Positions 32,038-40,548 of a stretch of DNA of 64,000 nt are shown here, piece after piece; position 1 is the stretch's first letter, and every line of letters starts with the position of its first letter. This stretch comes from a virus (lineage: Duplodnaviria > Heunggongvirae > Uroviricota > Caudoviricetes): IMG/VR virus record IMGVR_UViG_3300025942_000001; one strand, given 5' to 3'. Both the position numbers and the translations under genes were made by a program. The notes beneath the pieces were generated by a model. The model was given only the letters and a program-made list of their open reading frames with translations. It did no database searches and was not told the origin of the DNA.

Positions 32038-32663
32038 GAGATCTAGTAGAAGGTGAATATGCATTTTTTGACAGAATCACAGAACAACCACCATTCTTTT
32101 CAACACAAGAGTTTCATAACGACAGAGAAGCAGCACCACATATTGAACAGCATGGTATGCAAAGAGACCGCCTTTTATTGGCTGCTGCCTTTGTCTTGGA
32201 ACTCTGTACTGACGAAGCAAATGGAATTAGAACAGTTACAGATGTATGTTGCGGCGACGGAGGATTGCTAGAATATCTATCTCCATTCTTGAAACAACAA
32301 GGTATAGATTCTTGGGGTTATGAATTCCAGCCATCAAATATTAAAGATGGTGTAAATAAGCGCGGGGTGGATGTAAGATACGCTGACGTTGCTAATGAAG
32401 ATATTGAATTAGGTGATCTTACAATTATGACTGAATGTCTTGAGCATTTTCATAAACCACATGAAATGGTTCAGAAAGTTGCTGAACAATCTAAGTATAT
32501 TGTTGTCAGTGGTCCTAATGGGGAAGTTCCAGAAGCTCATTACGAATTTCATACATGGGGCTGGAGCTGGCCAGCTTATGAGAATCTAATTCAACAAGCT
32601 GGATATAATGTTCTTAGACACGAAGAATCAAGTATCTTCCAAGTTATGTCCGGAAATCTGTGA
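32034..32663 (+). CDS. class I SAM-dependent methyltransferase
   Basis: Motif I reads VTDVCCGDGGLLEY. The post-motif segment reads IMTECLEHF. Confidence 0.6.
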   Translation: MRDLVEGEYAFFDRITEQPPFFSTQEFHNDREAAPHIEQHGMQRDRLLLAAAFVLELCTDEANGIRTVTDVCCGDGGLLEYLSPFLKQQGIDSWGYEFQPSNIKDGVNKRGVDVRYADVANEDIELGDLTIMTECLEHFHKPHEMVQKVAEQSKYIVVSGPNGEVPEAHYEFHTWGWSWPAYENLIQQAGYNVLRHEESSIFQVMSGNL

Positions 32664-32694
32664 AATAATAGTCATTCATATATAATACATATGG

Positions 32695-33612
32695 GTGACT
32701 ATTATGATTAATGGAAAAGGAAAGAAAGCCTTAATAACAGGCTCACATGGTTTTGTTGGTAGTAAGTTTTGTGAAAAACTATTCAATACAGGATGGGAAA
32801 TTGCTCTAGTAGATATAGCAGATACACTTAATCCAATAGATGCAAGAGACTTCTTTAGATATGATAATACACATTATGACTTGGTTATACATTTAGCGGC
32901 GGTGGTAGGTGGAAGAGTAACTATTGAAGGTGCACCATTGAGTGTAGCTGTAGATCTAGCAATTGATTCAGAAGCATTTCAATGGGCGCTAAGAACAAAA
33001 CCTAAGCATTTTGTTTACTATTCAAGCTCAGCAGCATATCCGATTGCATACCAAGAGGAATATGATGGTCTATTCAAGAATGATTGTAGATTAAAAGAAG
33101 ACTATATAGATCTTGATGATATTTCTAATCCTGATCTTACTTATGGTTGGTCAAAATTGACCGGTGAAATGCTGGCGAGACATGCCCAAAATGAGGGCGT
33201 TAGAATCCATGTATTCAGACCATTTTCAGGGTATGGTACAGAGCAAGCACTTGGGTATCCATTCCCTGACTTCCTTGATAGAGCCAGACGTAAAGTTCCG
33301 GTATTCGATATTTGGGGAACTGGTGAACAGACAAGAGACTGGATTCATATTGACGATATTGTTAATGCAACAATGGATGCAATAGAACAAGATGTTAAAG
33401 GTCCGGTTAATCTATGCTCAGGCATCCCAACCAATTTTAATGAATTGGCAGATATGGTTACGCAAGCTGCTGGATATACTCCAGAGTTCAATCATATTAT
33501 ATCCGCACCTAAAGGTGTTCACTATAGAGTTGGAGACCCAACCAAAATGAGTACTTTTTATACACCAAAAATCAGTATTGAAGAAGGTATCTACAGGGCT
33601 CTGCAAAACTGA
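32695..33612 (+). CDS. NAD-dependent epimerase/dehydratase (SDR family, nucleotide-sugar enzyme)
   Basis: The Rossmann motif reads ITGSHGFVGSKF and the catalytic YGWSK motif (YxxxK) is present. Confidence 0.8.
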   Translation: MTIMINGKGKKALITGSHGFVGSKFCEKLFNTGWEIALVDIADTLNPIDARDFFRYDNTHYDLVIHLAAVVGGRVTIEGAPLSVAVDLAIDSEAFQWALRTKPKHFVYYSSSAAYPIAYQEEYDGLFKNDCRLKEDYIDLDDISNPDLTYGWSKLTGEMLARHAQNEGVRIHVFRPFSGYGTEQALGYPFPDFLDRARRKVPVFDIWGTGEQTRDWIHIDDIVNATMDAIEQDVKGPVNLCSGIPTNFNELADMVTQAAGYTPEFNHIISAPKGVHYRVGDPTKMSTFYTPKISIEEGIYRALQN

Positions 33613-33642
33613 TTGACATGTTGATTCACTCCTTGCTATAAT
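33613..33642 (+). promoter_or_regulatory. Sigma70-type promoter (TTGACA-N18-TATAAT)
   Basis: The -35 TTGACA lies at 33613-18 and the -10 TATAAT at 33637-42. The -10 element sits in the loop of an 11-bp inverted repeat, cactccttgct...agcaaggagtg, whose right arm contains the RBS of the next gene. Confidence 0.6.
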
Positions 33643-33667
33643 GTCGATAGCAAGGAGTGAATTATTT

Positions 33668-33844
33668 ATGCCTATTTATGAATATGGATGCATGAGATGT
33701 TTAACATTCAAGGAAATTAATGTTCCAATAGATCAAAGAGATAATAGAAAAGAATGCGATATATGCGGCGGTATAAGATATAGGAAGATCAGTTTCACTG
33801 GATCGGTATATGCGCCGACCGCTACGAACGGCGGTATGAAATGA
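33668..33844 (+). CDS. FmdB-family zinc-ribbon protein
   Basis: The N-terminus MPIYEYGCMRC and the C-terminal CDICGG match the FmdB-type signature. An RBS AAGGAG lies 8 nt upstream. The track start at 33641 is unlikely to be correct. Confidence 0.5.
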   Translation: MPIYEYGCMRCLTFKEINVPIDQRDNRKECDICGGIRYRKISFTGSVYAPTATNGGMK

Positions 33845-34134
33845 AAAAGAAAGATCAGTTATATGACTCGCCACCAACTAGATGGTCAACGGATGTAAAC
33901 AAGGCAGTCTTTTATGAATTAGATTTCAATGGTTTTACAATGAAGCCAGGAACAAAATTTAAGATCAAGGGTGAACATACTATATTTATATTCGACTGTC
34001 TTGTTCATAACATAATTAAAGATGTAACTTGGGTGGAATGCCAAGAAGAAAAAGGTGGATTTAGGTCTTTTTATCCTAGTAAAATATCAAAGGTAATAAC
34101 TCCTAAAGTAAGCTATAGGAGGAAAAATGTCTGA
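33841..34134 (+). CDS. hypothetical protein
   Basis: ORF of 97 aa. Confidence 0.4.
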   Translation: MKKKDQLYDSPPTRWSTDVNKAVFYELDFNGFTMKPGTKFKIKGEHTIFIFDCLVHNIIKDVTWVECQEEKGGFRSFYPSKISKVITPKVSYRRKNV

Positions 34135-34681
34135 TATGGAAAAAAGAGAAGCGTCAGAGGCTGATGTAATGCGTTATTATGATGATCAGTCTGAAGTTGT
34201 TCTTTTGCATGTAAAGGGCTATACGGTAACGGATATCGTTAGGCATACCGGCAATAATAGAAAGCAAGTAGAAAAACATCTTGCGGACTTTAAAGAATTC
34301 GCGGCCCAAGATAAAGCAATCAGACTTAGAGCAAGAGATATTGTTCTTAGTGTGGACGTTCATTACTCTGATATTGTCAAGAATATATATCGACAAGTAG
34401 AAGCAGCAGAATTTAAAGATGATCACAAGGCAGCTATGACTGGCTTGAAAATGATTGCCGATACAGAAGCCAAGCGTGTGGAATTACTTTCCAAGGCTGG
34501 TATGATTGCAGATAATACTATTGGTGATCAAATTGCGGAATCCGAAAAGAAGCAGGCTATTCTTGTAGAGATATTAAAAGAAATATCAAGAGAACATCCA
34601 GATATTGGCCGGAAGATACAAAAGAGATTATCTGAAGTAACTGGTAGACTAGAAGGCGTTATAGTGGAGACTAGACCATGA
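34127..34681 (+). CDS. putative terminase small subunit (HTH-containing)
   Basis: It lies immediately upstream of the large terminase gene and overlaps it. A helix-turn-helix-like segment reads YTVTDIVRHTGNNRKQVEKHL. Confidence 0.5.
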   Translation: MSDMEKREASEADVMRYYDDQSEVVLLHVKGYTVTDIVRHTGNNRKQVEKHLADFKEFAAQDKAIRLRARDIVLSVDVHYSDIVKNIYRQVEAAEFKDDHKAAMTGLKMIADTEAKRVELLSKAGMIADNTIGDQIAESEKKQAILVEILKEISREHPDIGRKIQKRLSEVTGRLEGVIVETRP

Positions 34682-36480
34682 GTCTTGACTTCTCTGACTT
34701 TATGGGTGCTTTGGATGAAGATGAATTTGAAGAAACGCCGGTTGGTGTTGAAGAGTTTGTTTATTCAAAGGATTACCTTGGTTTCCCTCAGTTATCAAAA
34801 TATCAACTTGAAATAGTAAAAGTCGGTTCTCAGATATATAGAGAGTCGACTTTAATTAAACTTCACGGTGCACGTGAAGGACAAAGATTGTGGAGAACAA
34901 ACAAAAAAGAACTTATTCTAACATTGGGAAAGGGTTCTGGTAAGGATGCCCTGTCCCAGATCATTTGTGCTTATGTTGTATATCAACTTCTTTGCTTAAA
35001 AGATCCTGCGGAATATTATGGTAAACCTTCAGGCGACAACATTGATATTATCAATGTTGCTATTAATGCTGATCAGGCAGCCAATGTATTCTTTTCAGGT
35101 TTTAAGACAAGAATAAAGAAATGTCCTTGGTTCAAGGGCAAATATAAGCCATTGGCTAGATCAATAGAATTTGATAAATGTATTAACGTTTATTCTGGTA
35201 ATTCACAAGGTGAAGCTACCGAGGGTTATAACGTTTTATTGGCGGTGCTGGATGAGATCGATGGTTTTGACGAAGGTGGGTCTCAAGAAGGTAATCCATT
35301 AGCCAATAAGATGTATAACACTTTGAGCGGTACTGTTTCATCTCGTTTTGATGATGTCGGTAAGGTTCTAATTCTTTCTTGGCCTAGATCTAATGAAGGA
35401 TTCATTATGACAAAATATAATGAATGTATAGCCGAGAAAGAAATGGTTGAGTATCAACATACTTTCAAGCTGAATATAGACTTGGAAGATGGCATTCCAG
35501 AGAATGAATATTCTATTACATGGACAGAAGACGAGATCATTAGTTATAAGTTCTCAGAAGTCTGGGCTATGCGTAGGCCAACATGGAAAGTTAATCCAAC
35601 CAAGACTATTGATTCATTTAAGAGAGATTTTTATAAGAATGCATCAGATGCTTTGGGTAGATTTGCTTGTAATCCCGCTGATGGTGTTGAAGGAGGATGG
35701 TTCCCATCCAAAGAAAAGATTGATCTTGCATTTAGTGTTGGTAATGGACTTACTGATGTAACAGGAAATGTTGATATTACTCTTAAGCCAGATCCAGAAA
35801 AAGAATATTATATTCATGTTGACCTGGCGCGAGTGCAGGACAATTGTGGTTGGGCTATGGGTCACGTAGAATCGTGGCAATCAACTGTTTTTGATAATGC
35901 TGGTGAGATGCATCCTTATGTTATTATAGATATGGTGAAGTATTGGAAGCCTGACAGAAACAGACCGGTGGATTTCTCTGATGTCAGAGACTTTACTATT
36001 AAAGTAAAAAAGGCCGGGTTTAATATAAAGCTTGTTACCTTTGACCGTTGGAATTCAGATCAAACTATTAAGCATCTAAATGATGTAGGTATTAAAGCTG
36101 AGAAGTTGTCAGTCGGTAGAGATCAATATACCGACCTTGCTACATTGATGGGTGAACATAGAATCAAGGGGCCAGATGTATTATTGCTGCGTAAAGAGTT
36201 AAAAAAGCTGGTTGTTTTACCTAACGGTAATGTTGATCACACTAACAAATCAAGTAAGGACTTGTCCGATGCTGTATGTGGAGCGGCATACAACGCTGCT
36301 ACTTTAACGCCAAGAGTTGGAACTATTGGCACATTCACTCATAGTGATTTTATTAAAGAACGTAGAGAAGCACTTGAATTGGCGGCTAGGAATCAACAAG
36401 AAAATGATAATGTAATCAGGGCACCAAGAGCGATGCCACAAGATGTAGCTGATTTTCTCGCCGGTATCAGGATGCTGTAG
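34678..36480 (+). CDS. Terminase large subunit
   Basis: The Walker A motif reads LGKGSGKD and Walker B reads LLAVLDEIDG. The 600-aa protein has an N-terminal ATPase and a C-terminal nuclease, the usual terminase layout. Confidence 0.8.
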   Translation: MSLDFSDFMGALDEDEFEETPVGVEEFVYSKDYLGFPQLSKYQLEIVKVGSQIYRESTLIKLHGAREGQRLWRTNKKELILTLGKGSGKDALSQIICAYVVYQLLCLKDPAEYYGKPSGDNIDIINVAINADQAANVFFSGFKTRIKKCPWFKGKYKPLARSIEFDKCINVYSGNSQGEATEGYNVLLAVLDEIDGFDEGGSQEGNPLANKMYNTLSGTVSSRFDDVGKVLILSWPRSNEGFIMTKYNECIAEKEMVEYQHTFKLNIDLEDGIPENEYSITWTEDEIISYKFSEVWAMRRPTWKVNPTKTIDSFKRDFYKNASDALGRFACNPADGVEGGWFPSKEKIDLAFSVGNGLTDVTGNVDITLKPDPEKEYYIHVDLARVQDNCGWAMGHVESWQSTVFDNAGEMHPYVIIDMVKYWKPDRNRPVDFSDVRDFTIKVKKAGFNIKLVTFDRWNSDQTIKHLNDVGIKAEKLSVGRDQYTDLATLMGEHRIKGPDVLLLRKELKKLVVLPNGNVDHTNKSSKDLSDAVCGAAYNAATLTPRVGTIGTFTHSDFIKERREALELAARNQQENDNVIRAPRAMPQDVADFLAGIRML

Positions 36481-36481
36481 C

Positions 36482-36510
36482 TTGACCAACGTTACCGCTT
36501 GAGGTAAGAT
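36482..36510 (+). promoter_or_regulatory. promoter-like element TTGACC-N17-TAAGAT
   Basis: It matches the recurring island promoter consensus and lies upstream of the HNH gene. Confidence 0.4.
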
Positions 36511-36519
36511 GACCTGAGA

Positions 36520-37020
36520 ATGAAAGGCTGTACTATAATGGTGGAAGATTTGAAAGATAGACCAAATAAGATAACTCGTTCAGAGATCATAGATGTTCTG
36601 ACACAACGAGATGGTTTTATTTGCTATATCTGTGATAAAAAGTTTACTTCAAGAAAAGAAGTAACGATTGAACACTTTTGGCCATTATCGGCCGGTGGAA
36701 CTTGGGCGATGAATAATCTTAGATTAGCATGTCAACCATGTAATAATCTTAAAGGTGATGCGTTACCTAACGCTGATGGTACCGTCAACTTTGTCAATCG
36801 TAAACAACGTACAATAAAAATGCCAAGACCTGAACAATGTGATAATTGTGAAACTGGTAGAATTCTACTAATTGGTGAAACATGTGATGTATGTGGATCT
36901 GGTCCGCAACCAGCTCTGTTCCCAACTGCGTATAAAACTAAATCTACAAATTGTGATCACAATCTGTATCACTGTTTTGCATGTATTATTGGTTTGGTAA
37001 AACGTGTTAAGAATAACTGA
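36520..37020 (+). CDS. HNH endonuclease
   Basis: The segment CYICDKKF...IEHFWP...NNLRLACQPCNNLKGD gives an HNH motif with paired Cys residues. Confidence 0.7.
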   Translation: MKGCTIMVEDLKDRPNKITRSEIIDVLTQRDGFICYICDKKFTSRKEVTIEHFWPLSAGGTWAMNNLRLACQPCNNLKGDALPNADGTVNFVNRKQRTIKMPRPEQCDNCETGRILLIGETCDVCGSGPQPALFPTAYKTKSTNCDHNLYHCFACIIGLVKRVKNN

Positions 37021-37231
37021 AATGAATTATAGATATGTATTCAGATTCGACTTTTGGGATGTCAAATATACTCTTGACGACTGTGCTACCATCAGAGTTT
37101 ATATCAACGGTTGGCGACTTAAAGGGGTTGACGTTCCCATGCCTGATGCTGTAGCATATCTTCTAAGGGCACAGATGGACTGCGTGCCGATAAGAGGTGC
37201 AGAACTTGACAGTGGACGAAGCAGTTGCTAA
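37004..37231 (+). CDS. hypothetical protein
   Basis: ORF of 75 aa. Confidence 0.3.
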   Translation: MLRITEMNYRYVFRFDFWDVKYTLDDCATIRVYINGWRLKGVDVPMPDAVAYLLRAQMDCVPIRGAELDSGRSSC

Positions 37232-37445
37232 GATGAGCGAAGCAACACAGCAAGTTGATTGGGTAAATCTTGGTAGAGTATGTGCTTCACTTGGCGACTA
37301 TGGTCAAAAATGGGGCAAGTATGACAAGTCAAGATTCAAGCCTAATTATGAGAGAGCGTTTCGAGACAGAAAGTGGTTAGCTACAAATGCCAGCTCAATA
37401 GGTAAAGCATTTGAAGTCTTAAGAAAAAATAAAGATGCCTTGTAA
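37197..37445 (+). CDS. hypothetical protein
   Basis: ORF of 82 aa. Confidence 0.35.
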   Translation: MQNLTVDEAVAKMSEATQQVDWVNLGRVCASLGDYGQKWGKYDKSRFKPNYERAFRDRKWLATNASSIGKAFEVLRKNKDAL

Positions 37446-37461
37446 TTGTAGACGAAATTGG

Positions 37462-37596
37462 ATGATAAGGTCTCCAAAAGGAGATAATGAATCCAAAGGT
37501 ATAACAGGATGGCAGTGCAGTCATTGTGGTTCCAGATGGAATAAAATTCCAAAAGAACCTGGTAGCAGCCAGTACATCTGGAAAAAAGTAGCTTGA
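37462..37596 (+). CDS. small zinc-ribbon protein (44 aa)
   Basis: An ATG start with an RBS, and the Cys pattern WQCSHCGSRW. Confidence 0.3.
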   Translation: MIRSPKGDNESKGITGWQCSHCGSRWNKIPKEPGSSQYIWKKVA

Positions 37597-37621
37597 CAGC
37601 ACGAACTGACTAGGCTAAGCT
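37593..37621 (+). promoter_or_regulatory. promoter TTGACA-N17-TAAGCT upstream of a tRNA
   Basis: It matches the consensus. The tRNA 5' end lies about 12 nt downstream. Confidence 0.5.
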
Positions 37622-37632
37622 AAGCTAGTCAA

Positions 37633-37708
37633 GCCGCGTAGACTGGCTGGTGGCTAGGGTATGTCTTATAAACATATTAAAGGTTGAGTTCGATCCTCAC
37701 ACGCGGCA
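37633..37708 (+). tRNA. tRNA, probable Ile (anticodon TAT), with a slightly irregular fold
   Basis: The acceptor gccgcgt pairs with acgcggc. The anticodon stem tatgt/acata is perfect and the loop is cttataa. The T-loop is ttcgatc. Irregularities are a 3-nt linker, a 7-nt variable region and one T-stem mismatch. Confidence 0.4.
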
Positions 37709-38124
37709 CGTCCGGAAGGAATAACATGTTCAATATTATTACAAGTAAAACATTACAAGTATTATTTGCCATTGTATGTGTTGTTGGTTTAGGTTTTGGT
37801 ATTAAAGCATGTACGATGACATGTCCTACTGTAACTGGAAAACGAGAAGAATCAGGATTCTTTGGTAGTTATTATTTGGATCTTTCAGATAATACAACAG
37901 ATACCGTTTCTAGAAAAATATATAGTTTGAATGACATTGGCGAACATCACTGCTAAGGAGTTGACCGACATGGAAGACATTTCTAAGCTACATCCGATCA
38001 TTTTCCGATTGACTAATCGAGAATGGGAAGAGTTCAACAGAGTGCTTGATCGAGAGCCGGTTTTCATGCCAAAAATGCAAGCACTTTTGTCCAAGCCCAG
38101 CGTTTTTATTCCAGAGGATGAGTG

Positions 38125-38268
38125 ATGGCAAAACAAAAGCTTCCGATGCATGAGCGTAAATGCCATATAAGGGCTTGTTCGAATCCTCCAGTTGGTGTTT
38201 TCATGTTTAGGCAGCAGCTTGTTCCATTTTGTAACACTCATAAGGAGCTGGCGGATAAAGATGGCTAA
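38125..38268 (+). CDS. small Cys/His-rich protein (47 aa), member of a paralogous zinc-ribbon-like family
   Basis: The pattern KCHIRACSNPP...FCNTH resembles that of the ORFs at 48635 and 48815. Confidence 0.35.
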   Translation: MAKQKLPMHERKCHIRACSNPPVGVFMFRQQLVPFCNTHKELADKDG

Positions 38269-38425
38269 ATATGAAATCAGTGTACAAGCGAATCGTACTA
38301 CCGTTGCTACATATAGTACTGATTCGGAAAGCAAGAAAAATACGATTGTTAATCGAGAGAAACGAAAATCAACCAATGATGCCATCTTTGTCAATAATAA
38401 GATGGTATGGAGACGTAGAAAATAA
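38261..38425 (+). CDS. small protein family A member (54 aa)
   Basis: MAKYEISVQANRTTVATYS...NTIVNREKRK is a paralog of the neighbouring small ORFs. Confidence 0.45.
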   Translation: MAKYEISVQANRTTVATYSTDSESKKNTIVNREKRKSTNDAIFVNNKMVWRRRK

Positions 38426-38589
38426 TGGCAACATATAAAATAACTGTAGTCGCTCGTGGTGCCCGCTCTAATGCGGTATACAAAACCGATGATACTTCTC
38501 AAAAAGACAAGATCGTAAGGGATGAATCAAATAAATCTAAAACACTATTGATTTATGTCAATGATACATTGGTTTATAGCAACAACTAG
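38425..38589 (+). CDS. small protein family A member (54 aa)
   Basis: MATYKITVVARGARSNAVYKT... starts in a TAATG overlap with the previous ORF. An RBS GGAG is present. Confidence 0.5.
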   Translation: MATYKITVVARGARSNAVYKTDDTSQKDKIVRDESNKSKTLLIYVNDTLVYSNN

Positions 38590-38613
38590 CTTGACATGAT
38601 CCGTGCAAGCTGC
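38585..38613 (+). promoter_or_regulatory. promoter TTGACA-N17-TAGCAT driving the tRNA cluster
   Basis: It matches the consensus and lies about 50 nt upstream of tRNA-Asn. Confidence 0.55.
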
Positions 38614-38664
38614 TAGCATAGTACACGGAAGCAATGCTTGCCTCACGGTAAGACAGCTTCTTAA

Positions 38665-38736
38665 TCCGGTATGATGTAATTGGCAACATGAGTGGTTGTT
38701 ACCCACTTCTTTTCGGTTCGAATCCGGATATCGGAG
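38665..38736 (+). tRNA. tRNA-Asn (GTT)
   Basis: The acceptor tccggta pairs with tatcgga through one G-U wobble. The D-stem is atgt/acat. The anticodon stem agtgg/ccact is perfect, with loop ttGTTac. The T-arm is ttcgg-ttcgaat-ccgga. Confidence 0.7.
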
Positions 38737-38749
38737 TTTTGATTTATAT

Positions 38750-38827
38750 TCCCCAGTAGCTCAGTTGGCAGTTAGCGTCGGTCTGTTAAACCGAAGGTCA
38801 CAGGATCGAAACCTGTCTGGGGAGCCA
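38750..38827 (+). tRNA. tRNA-Asn (GTT), second copy with an encoded CCA
   Basis: The acceptor tccccag pairs with ctgggga. The anticodon stem is tcggt/accga with loop ctGTTaa. The T-arm is acagg-atcgaaa-cctgt. The 3' end reads gCCA. Confidence 0.65.
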
Positions 38828-38828
38828 A

Positions 38829-38899
38829 GCTCTCGTGGTCTAACGGTAGGATTTAAGATTCTCATTCTTACGGAGCGGGTTCGATTCCCGTCGAGAGTA
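38829..38899 (+). tRNA. tRNA-Glu (CTC)
   Basis: The acceptor gctctcg pairs with cgagagt. The D-arm reads gtct-aacggta-ggat. The anticodon stem is taaga/tctta with loop ttCTCat. The T-arm is gcggg-ttcgatt-cccgt. Confidence 0.65.
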
Positions 38900-38903
38900 C
38901 TTT

Positions 38904-39071
38904 ATGTTTACAAATGATAAAGAAGCACCAGAGCAATGTCAGAGATGTGTTACGGCAAAAGCAGTAATGCGTAAAAGAGTAAAAATCAAGGGTTCATGGA
39001 AATCTCAAAATCTATGTTTAATATGTTTTAAAATGTATAAAGCAGAAGGTAGAACAGAGGGTAATAAATAA
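38904..39071 (+). CDS. small zinc-ribbon protein (55 aa)
   Basis: The Cys pattern is CQRC...CLIC. The start lies 4 nt after the tRNA. Confidence 0.45.
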   Translation: MFTNDKEAPEQCQRCVTAKAVMRKRVKIKGSWKSQNLCLICFKMYKAEGRTEGNK

Positions 39072-39223
39072 TGCCAGCCATTGAAGTATATCAAGGTAAT
39101 AGATTGGCTGCTACATATGGTGCCAATACACCAGAATTAGTTGCTGAGATCGTAAAAAGAGAAAAAGAAAAAGATCAGGTTACTCAGATTAAAGTAAGTG
39201 GAAAAGTCGTCTATAAAAAGTAG
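39071..39223 (+). CDS. small protein family A member (50 aa, ends in VVYKK)
   Basis: MPAIEVYQGNRLAATYG...IKVSGKVVYKK, with an RBS GAGGG. Confidence 0.5.
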   Translation: MPAIEVYQGNRLAATYGANTPELVAEIVKREKEKDQVTQIKVSGKVVYKK

Positions 39224-39229
39224 GATATA

Positions 39230-39505
39230 ATGCATAAGTCTCGGCGTAAGTGGAACTGCTTGGATTGTAATCGTTGTACCAAGCTTGAACATTACTTTGT
39301 AAAATCAGAAATCTGGTTTATTTCCGCCGGGATGCCTGAAAAAGGTATGCTCTGTATAGATTGTATTGAAGTACGTATTGGTAGACAGCTTAATAGCTTT
39401 GACTTTACAGAAGCACATATTAACAACCCAAAGACCAATTCAATGACTGACAAGCTACGTAATCGTATTGGAGCATCAAATGAAGTTCAATTGGCACGAG
39501 CTTGA
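39230..39505 (+). CDS. Cys-rich hypothetical protein (91 aa)
   Basis: Cys pairs CLDCNRC...CIDC. Confidence 0.45.
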   Translation: MHKSRRKWNCLDCNRCTKLEHYFVKSEIWFISAGMPEKGMLCIDCIEVRIGRQLNSFDFTEAHINNPKTNSMTDKLRNRIGASNEVQLARA

Positions 39506-39833
39506 TCGAGCTGGCTTTCTTAGCTGGATGGTAATTAATCTGGTTACCGCACAGCGCAAAGAAAATGAAGTCAGGTTCAGTGAGCTGAATCTTATTACTG
39601 ACTCATTCAAAGATGTTGACATGAAAATTACTATCAATGGCATTGATGTGCCTGTTGATTATTTTGTACAACAGGTTCAAAGCAATATGAAGTATTATGC
39701 TCGTCAAGCGGCAGATGAAATCGCAGGAGATATCACTGACGAAATTGATACCAAGGTCAGAGAAATGCTTGAGGTAATTGAAGAAGCCACAGAGAGTATC
39801 AAAACCAAGGTTGACAGCTTCTTCGATGAGTAG
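39468..39833 (+). CDS. hypothetical protein (121 aa)
   Basis: The ORF has a likely ATG start at 39480. Confidence 0.45.
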   Translation: MEHQMKFNWHELDRAGFLSWMVINLVTAQRKENEVRFSELNLITDSFKDVDMKITINGIDVPVDYFVQQVQSNMKYYARQAADEIAGDITDEIDTKVREMLEVIEEATESIKTKVDSFFDE

Positions 39834-39846
39834 TACACTAGCACTA

Positions 39847-39860
39847 AGCCCGAAAGGGTT
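39847..39860 (+). promoter_or_regulatory. GAAA-tetraloop hairpin abutting the tRNA 5' end
   Basis: agccc-GAAA-gggtt lies 2 nt upstream of tRNA-Glu (TTC). Confidence 0.45.
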
Positions 39861-39862
39861 AC

Positions 39863-39936
39863 GCTCCGTTAGAGTAGCGGTCCATCTCATCTGACTTTCA
39901 TTCAGAAGAACACCGGTTCGAATCCGGTACGGAGTA
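39863..39936 (+). tRNA. tRNA-Glu (TTC)
   Basis: The acceptor gctccgt pairs with acggagt. The anticodon stem tctga/tcaga is perfect, with loop ctTTCat. The T-arm is accgg-ttcgaat-ccggt. Confidence 0.65.
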
Positions 39937-39959
39937 CTTAAACAATAAGAGGGGTTATT

Positions 39960-40124
39960 ATGTCAAGATGGAAAATAACTGTTGTTAATGTTCAAGAAAA
40001 ACGTGTAGCATATGAAACATATAATACTGAGCTTGCAGCTAAAACTGCTGCTGAAATTTGGAATAATAGGCCAAAGATCAAGCAAGTAAGAATTAACGGC
40101 AAGGTCTATAAGAAGTCACGATAA
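39960..40124 (+). CDS. small protein family A member (54 aa)
   Basis: MSRWKITVVNVQEKRVAYETY...INGKVYKKSR, with an RBS AAGAGGG. Confidence 0.5.
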   Translation: MSRWKITVVNVQEKRVAYETYNTELAAKTAAEIWNNRPKIKQVRINGKVYKKSR

Positions 40125-40309
40125 TCTTTTAGAAGTTGGTTGGGTTACCATCGATTGAAAACCAAAACAACCCACGGGACAGTCTGCAAACTGAATAGTA
40201 AGTCTGGAATAAAGCCCGTGCAAAGGCCAGACACAGCGTTTCTTAGAACAATTGCAGTTGTTCTGCTGATTTATTGCGGTGTGCTAAGAGAAACGGCATA
40301 CTAGCTTTA

Positions 40310-40382
40310 CCCCCGTTAGTGTAGTGGCTCAGCACGAGACATTGTCAATGTCTTAGGAGGATTTCAAATATCCTACGGGGGA
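40310..40382 (+). tRNA. tRNA-Asp (GTC)
   Basis: The acceptor cccccgt pairs with acggggg. The D-arm reads gtgt-agtggctca-gcac. The anticodon stem is agaca/tgtct with loop ttGTCaa. The T-arm is aggat-ttcaaat-atcct. Confidence 0.75.
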
Positions 40383-40388
40383 CTTATT

Positions 40389-40547
40389 ATGTCAAAAATA
40401 ATCAGAAAATATGGAATAGAAGCCACTTATGTGCAAGGTGGAAAAGCAACTATCTGGTATTTTACTGAAAACCAGCGGAATAGAATGATATTTCGGATGA
40501 AAGAAATGCCAGACATAACAAGAGTAAGACCAGTGAAGAGGAAATAG
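40389..40547 (+). CDS. small protein (52 aa), possibly a family B member
   Basis: The start lies 6 nt after tRNA-Asp. The sequence MSKIIRKYGIEATYVQGGKATIWYF is basic and has an RBS GGGGGA. Confidence 0.4.
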   Translation: MSKIIRKYGIEATYVQGGKATIWYFTENQRNRMIFRMKEMPDITRVRPVKRK

Positions 40548-40548
40548 T

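Noticed and set aside
37885-38502. Minus-strand ORF of 205 aa
   Set aside because: It runs antisense to the small-protein genes, which have their own RBSs, and to plus-strand ORFs. There is no RBS. Its Leu/Ile/Phe-rich composition is typical of an AT-rich reverse complement.
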